From Candidatus Dormiibacterota bacterium (GTDB lineage: Bacteria; Chloroflexota; Dormibacteria; Aeolococcales; Aeolococcaceae), in the NCBI GenBank assembly GCA_963718525.1, contig OY970355.1, positions 640,001-704,000 on the forward strand: a DNA stretch of 64,000 nucleotides. The letters are read 5' to 3'. The position numbers and the translations under genes were made by a program. The notes below the pieces were generated by a model. The model did no database searches, had not been told where the DNA came from, and saw only the letters and a program-made list of their open reading frames with translations. Positions 59,705 through 64,000 of the stretch are shown one piece after another. The stretch's first letter is position 1; every line of letters starts with the position of its first letter.

Positions 59705-59717
59705 TGATGCCACAGTA
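59705..59717 (+). repeat. Degenerate junction motif TGATGCCACAGTA
   Basis: 11/13 to the 13905 copy; ATCGACTGATC follows (TGAT at +99). Confidence 0.5.
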
Positions 59718-60055
59718 TCCCCTCCACCTCCAGGCCCTGCGCCACGAGCGTGCTGAACTCCGGAGGGTGGGCTAACCCGCCGAACCCGCTCTAGGTCATC
59801 GACTGATCCAGGCGACGCCGCCGCGAGAGGCTCCGGGATGGCACCTCGGTGGTTCCGTGGGCGCTTCCGGCGGGCAGCGGCCGCCGGTTCCTCGCCCTAG
59901 CCGCCAGCCGAAGCCCAGCCAGGCTGGTCCCCCGTCGTGTCGCCGCTGACGATCGCGCCGAATGGCGCAAGCGGTCCAATCGGCTGAGGGCAAGGTCAGC
60001 GTGGTACCGTCCCCGGTCACAGACGCGCGGCGTCCGGTAAGAAGCGCAACAGGGG

Positions 60056-63000
60056 GTGACGGCCATGTTCAGAGGTACTGCGGGACATCGTGACCGACAC
60101 TATCCGGGATTCCTGAGCTATCGCCGGCGTGCAGCCCTCCTGGCCGCTGCGACCGGGGTGCCGCTCGTGATGATTGGGCAGGCGAGCGGCGTCGGCGCGG
60201 CCTCGTCAGCTACGCCGACGCCGGCCGCGGCGAATCAGCCGATGACCGCCGCACTTGCCGCGCAGCTGTCGACGAATGTGAACCAGCGCGTGATCGTCAT
60301 CCTCAAGGGTCAGTTCGCGGCAGCCCCCGTGGGCAGCGCTCAGGCTGGAGCGCGGGCTTCGGCGATCGCGGCTGTCCAGGCGCCTCTGATGAGTGAGCTC
60401 CAGCAGGTGCATGCGACCCACATCAAGAACTACCAGCTCGTCGATTCGCTGGCCGCAACCGTGTCGAGCGGAGAGAAGACACGCCTTGAGGCGAATCCCG
60501 CGGTTGCGGAGGTGATCCCCGACGTGACCATTCATGGGGCACAGCCTGAAGCGGCTCCCGCAGCAGCGTCTCCAACGACCGCTGCGCCCGCCTCGCTGAC
60601 GCCGAACGTGCTCCCGGGCGCGTGCTCGGCCACTACACCACAGCTCGCTCCGGAAGGGCTCAGCCTGACCAACACGGACAGCGACACCTCCGGGCAGCCG
60701 ACGGCGCGATCCCTCGGCATCACCGGCGCGGGCGTCAAGGTCGCCTGGATAGCCGATGGCATCGACCCCAACAACATCAACTTCATCAGGGCGAACAACA
60801 CGTCCGCGTTTGTTGACTACCAGGACTTCACAGGGGACGGTCCCGGGCAGCCCACCAACGGTGACGAGGCCTTTCTCGACGCCAACACCATCGCCGGGCA
60901 GGGACTGCACACCTACGACGTGAGTCAGTTCTCGGCTCAGCCGGACCCGACCGCGTGCAACATCCGCATCGAGGGGGTCGCCCCGGGTGCGAGTTTGGTC
61001 GGGCTCGACGTCTTCGGCACCTTCGAGGACACCACCGAGTCCAACTTCCTGCAGGCGATCAACTACGCGGTCGAGACCGACCACGTCAACGTCATCAATG
61101 AGTCGTTCGGGAGCAACCCGTTCCCCGACATCACGTCGCTCGACGTGACCAAGCAGTTCGATGACGCAGCGGTTGCCGCGGGTGTCACCGTCGCCGTGTC
61201 GTCGGGCGACGCCGGTTCGACCAACACGATTGGCTCGCCGGCTACGGATCCGAACGTCATCGATGTGGGCGGCTCGACGCAATTCCAGTTCTATGCCCAG
61301 ACCAATTACGCCGCCGCCGACTACTTCGCGACCAACGGCTGGCTCAACAACAACATCAGCTCGCTGAGCTCGGGTGGCTACAACCAGGCCGGCGCGACGG
61401 TCAACCTTGTGGCGCCAGGTGACCTCAGTTGGGCCTCGTGCGACGCGAGCCCGGTGTTTTCGGGTTGCGTGAACTTCAAAGGCCAGTCGTCGCCGGTCGA
61501 GGAGGCTGGCGGGACCAGCGAGTCCTCGCCGTTCGTGGCCGGCGCCGCCGCCTTGGTCATCCAGGCGTACCGCAACACCCATGGCGGTGCGACCCCCACG
61601 CCTGCCCTCGTCAAGCAGATCCTCGACAGCACGGCGACCAACCTCGGTGCTCCCGCAACCGAGCAGGGCGCGGGTCTCCTCAACAGCTACAAGGCCGTCC
61701 AGCTGGCGGAGTTTGTTAGCACTGCCGATGGGTCGCCGTCGCCGACCGGCGAGACCTTGCTGACGTCGACAGCCCAGCTCAACGCAGTTGCGGCGCCCGG
61801 CACCAAGGAGACGTTCCCGGTGATGATCACGAACACCGGGCAGTTCACCCAGACGGTGCATCTCAAGGGCCGGGCGTTGGGCAAGGATGCCAACGTCCAG
61901 ACGGGCAGCGTCACGCTTAATGACGCCACGAGTCCGCAGTTTGTGAACTATCAGGGAATCACGAATAACTACGGCACCTTCACCTTCACCGTGCCCACGG
62001 ATCAGGACCGGCTCGACGCGTCGATCGCCTACCCGGGGAATCCCGCAAAGGGGAACAACCAACGAGTGCGATTGATCCTCATCGATCCCAATGCCAACTT
62101 CGCCGCACACTCGCTCCCGCAGGGCGTCGGCAACTTCGGCAGCGTCGATGTCATCGCGCCGGCTGCGGGCACGTGGACGGGCGTGATCTTCAGCGACGAC
62201 GCGTCGCACAACGGAACCAACGGTGCGGTCCCGTGGCGGGTCGCCACGCAGGACTACGTCACGTTCGGCTCGATCAACCCGGCGACGATCGTGATTCCCA
62301 AGGGAGCCACCAAGAAGGTGGTGGTGACCGAGAAGACGCCGGGATCCGCAGGCGACGCGAGCGGCTCGATCGTCCTGACGTCCGACTACGGACTTGGAGG
62401 CACCACCTCGATTCCGGTCACGCTGCGGAGCCTGATCAAGTTCTCGAAGAACACCGGCTCGTTCAAGGGTGTGCTGACCGGAGGCAACGGACGCCCAAAC
62501 GGTGAGGGCCAGATCGACTACTACTCGTTCATCGTCGGCGCCGGGACGAACAACATCACCGCCGACGTCAGCTTGACCAATGACGCCGGAGATCCGGTCG
62601 GCGCATACCTGGTCAGCCCGGATGGCACCGTGCTTGGCTACGGACAGAACAGCATTAACGGCAGCCAAGGGCTGTCGCTCACGGCGTACACGGCGAATCC
62701 CGCAGCGGGCACATGGACGCTCGTCGTCGACTTCGCCGAACCGGTTGCGGGTGACGAGGTCTCGCAACCCTTCACCGGGACCGTCAAGTTCAACAACGTG
62801 AGCGTCAGCGCGTCGGCACTACCCGACTCGACAAGCACGACCCTTCCCGCGGGGACGCCGGTCACCGTACCTGTCACGATCATCAACAACGGCACCCAGG
62901 CGGAGGACTTCTTCGTCGATCCACGGCTGAGCACCAGCGAAACGGTCTCGCTGGCTCCCTTCAGCCAGGCTTCGGGCCTCGCCCTTCCGTTGGTCGTCGG

Positions 63001-63523
63001 GTCCCCCGTATGGTTCATGCCGACGGAGTCGTCGTCCGTCTCCGTGACCGCGACCGCGTCCCTGCCCATCGAGTTCGACTTCGGCCCGAATCAAGGAGAT
63101 CCGGATCTCGTGAGCTCCATCGGAACGTCGCCGTCCGGCTCGTACACCCCGTCAGGAGGTGAGCTCAACAACGGTTTCTGGTTCGCAACACCGAGCGAAA
63201 TCGGGCCGTATCCCTCCGGGGCTCCGGCGGGGACTGTGAGTATGGCGATGTCGGCCACCATCAGATCCTTCGACTCGACGATGACCTCGACGACTGGTGA
63301 CCTCGAACCGGCGTCACTCAACCCGGCGACGACGTTCTCGCCGATCGTCATCAACCCGGGCCAGTCGGCGATCGTCAACGTGACCATCACGCCGTCGGGG
63401 ACGTCGGGCACGCAGGTCGAAGGCAACCTCTTCATCGACGATTTCCTGGCGAACGTCCCCCCGTACGGCCAGCAGGGGGCCAACGAGCTCACCGGTCTGC
63501 CGTACGCCTACACGATCGGCTGA
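60056..63523 (+). CDS. Secreted subtilase-fold serine peptidase (I9-like propeptide, C-terminal beta domains) with sedolisin-type catalytic residues
   Basis: [58 protein letters not shown]. Confidence 0.9.
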   Translation: MTAMFRGTAGHRDRHYPGFLSYRRRAALLAAATGVPLVMIGQASGVGAASSATPTPAAANQPMTAALAAQLSTNVNQRVIVILKGQFAAAPVGSAQAGARASAIAAVQAPLMSELQQVHATHIKNYQLVDSLAATVSSGEKTRLEANPAVAEVIPDVTIHGAQPEAAPAAASPTTAAPASLTPNVLPGACSATTPQLAPEGLSLTNTDSDTSGQPTARSLGITGAGVKVAWIADGIDPNNINFIRANNTSAFVDYQDFTGDGPGQPTNGDEAFLDANTIAGQGLHTYDVSQFSAQPDPTACNIRIEGVAPGASLVGLDVFGTFEDTTESNFLQAINYAVETDHVNVINESFGSNPFPDITSLDVTKQFDDAAVAAGVTVAVSSGDAGSTNTIGSPATDPNVIDVGGSTQFQFYAQTNYAAADYFATNGWLNNNISSLSSGGYNQAGATVNLVAPGDLSWASCDASPVFSGCVNFKGQSSPVEEAGGTSESSPFVAGAAALVIQAYRNTHGGATPTPALVKQILDSTATNLGAPATEQGAGLLNSYKAVQLAEFVSTADGSPSPTGETLLTSTAQLNAVAAPGTKETFPVMITNTGQFTQTVHLKGRALGKDANVQTGSVTLNDATSPQFVNYQGITNNYGTFTFTVPTDQDRLDASIAYPGNPAKGNNQRVRLILIDPNANFAAHSLPQGVGNFGSVDVIAPAAGTWTGVIFSDDASHNGTNGAVPWRVATQDYVTFGSINPATIVIPKGATKKVVVTEKTPGSAGDASGSIVLTSDYGLGGTTSIPVTLRSLIKFSKNTGSFKGVLTGGNGRPNGEGQIDYYSFIVGAGTNNITADVSLTNDAGDPVGAYLVSPDGTVLGYGQNSINGSQGLSLTAYTANPAAGTWTLVVDFAEPVAGDEVSQPFTGTVKFNNVSVSASALPDSTSTTLPAGTPVTVPVTIINNGTQAEDFFVDPRLSTSETVSLAPFSQASGLALPLVVGSPVWFMPTESSSVSVTATASLPIEFDFGPNQGDPDLVSSIGTSPSGSYTPSGGELNNGFWFATPSEIGPYPSGAPAGTVSMAMSATIRSFDSTMTSTTGDLEPASLNPATTFSPIVINPGQSAIVNVTITPSGTSGTQVEGNLFIDDFLANVPPYGQQGANELTGLPYAYTIG

Positions 63524-63553
63524 GGCGATCAACTGACCAGCTGAGTCATTGGC

Positions 63554-63583
63554 AAGGCCCGGACCGCGGGAGGTCCGGGCCTT
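63554..63583 (+). terminator. Intrinsic terminator-like hairpin
   Basis: AAGGCCCGGACC-gcggga-GGTCCGGGCCTT perfect 12-bp stem after the peptidase stop. Confidence 0.75.
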
Positions 63584-64000
63584 CGCCTGTCGAGCACATT
63601 CGGAGGCCTCAGCTGTTGCGAGCATGGGAGGTGTGAGTAACAGCGCGGCCCTTTTCCGTTGCGGTAGAACGGATTTCGGCACTGCGCGTGCGCCGACCGG
63701 CAAGCTATTTCGCGGTCGCCGCTCTCGGTGCAGGGTCGGCGCGCAGCCCGCAACTCGCGCACTTCCAAAGGGCGCGGAATCGCACGTCGGCGGCGTGGAG
63801 GTGAGGGCGCTCGCCCTGCATATCGGTGTATGTCAGCGGAATGACACGACGCGCGCCACACCGGCTGCACTGAAGGTCAGCCATGGACCCGAGTCTCCAA
63901 AGGCCAGGTGACGGGCCGATCGCCGATGTTGTAACGGGTGCGAACCGGAACTCCCGAGGCCGGGGTTGCGTCCCGGATGCGTTAACCCCGCCTTCATCAA

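Noticed and set aside
60065-60075. ATGTTCAGAGG identical to the start of the 37591 operator
   Set aside because: Only a half site with no TGAACAT arm; coincides with a probable start codon.
60206-62767. 853-aa minus-strand ORF (and similar long antisense ORFs such as 25029-26081)
   Set aside because: Antisense shadows caused by high GC3 codon bias of the real genes.
1-64000. CRISPR array, integron attC sites, rRNA
   Set aside because: No regularly spaced repeats, no RYYYAAC...GTTRRRY inverted cores at the junctions, and no cas, intI or rRNA-like sequence seen.

Overview
GC-rich bacterial accessory region. It looks like a soil Dormibacterota/Acidimicrobiia-type genome, but the taxon is inference only. 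It is a mosaic of self-contained modules: c-di-GMP and two-component signalling genes; several large secreted proteins (G1 peptidase, collagen-like protein, a divergent Ig/lectin-repeat and GSDH-propeller pair, HAF- and YVTN-repeat proteins, a subtilase with sedolisin-type catalytic residues); oligopeptidase B; a ROK-regulated amino-sugar/aminocyclitol catabolic operon (27.6-34.6 kb); a GntR-regulated N-heteroaromatic catabolic cluster (43.1-57.3 kb); and a DUF1326-DUF2182-DUF899 trio. Many genes are broken. There is also an IS256 fragment and a tRNA 3'-end (att-like) remnant. The most striking unannotated signal is an AT-rich 13-bp motif (TAATGCCAAATTA / TAATACGAAATT) resembling Xer/Cre recombinase binding arms. 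It recurs on the same strand at module junctions, including between convergent genes, and in three cases a second motif follows 98-99 bp downstream. Two of the modules each carry a paralogous uncharacterised regulator C-terminal domain plus the same ATGTTCA-N7-TGAACAT palindrome in front of a secreted repeat protein. All family assignments come from motif recognition, not database searches.
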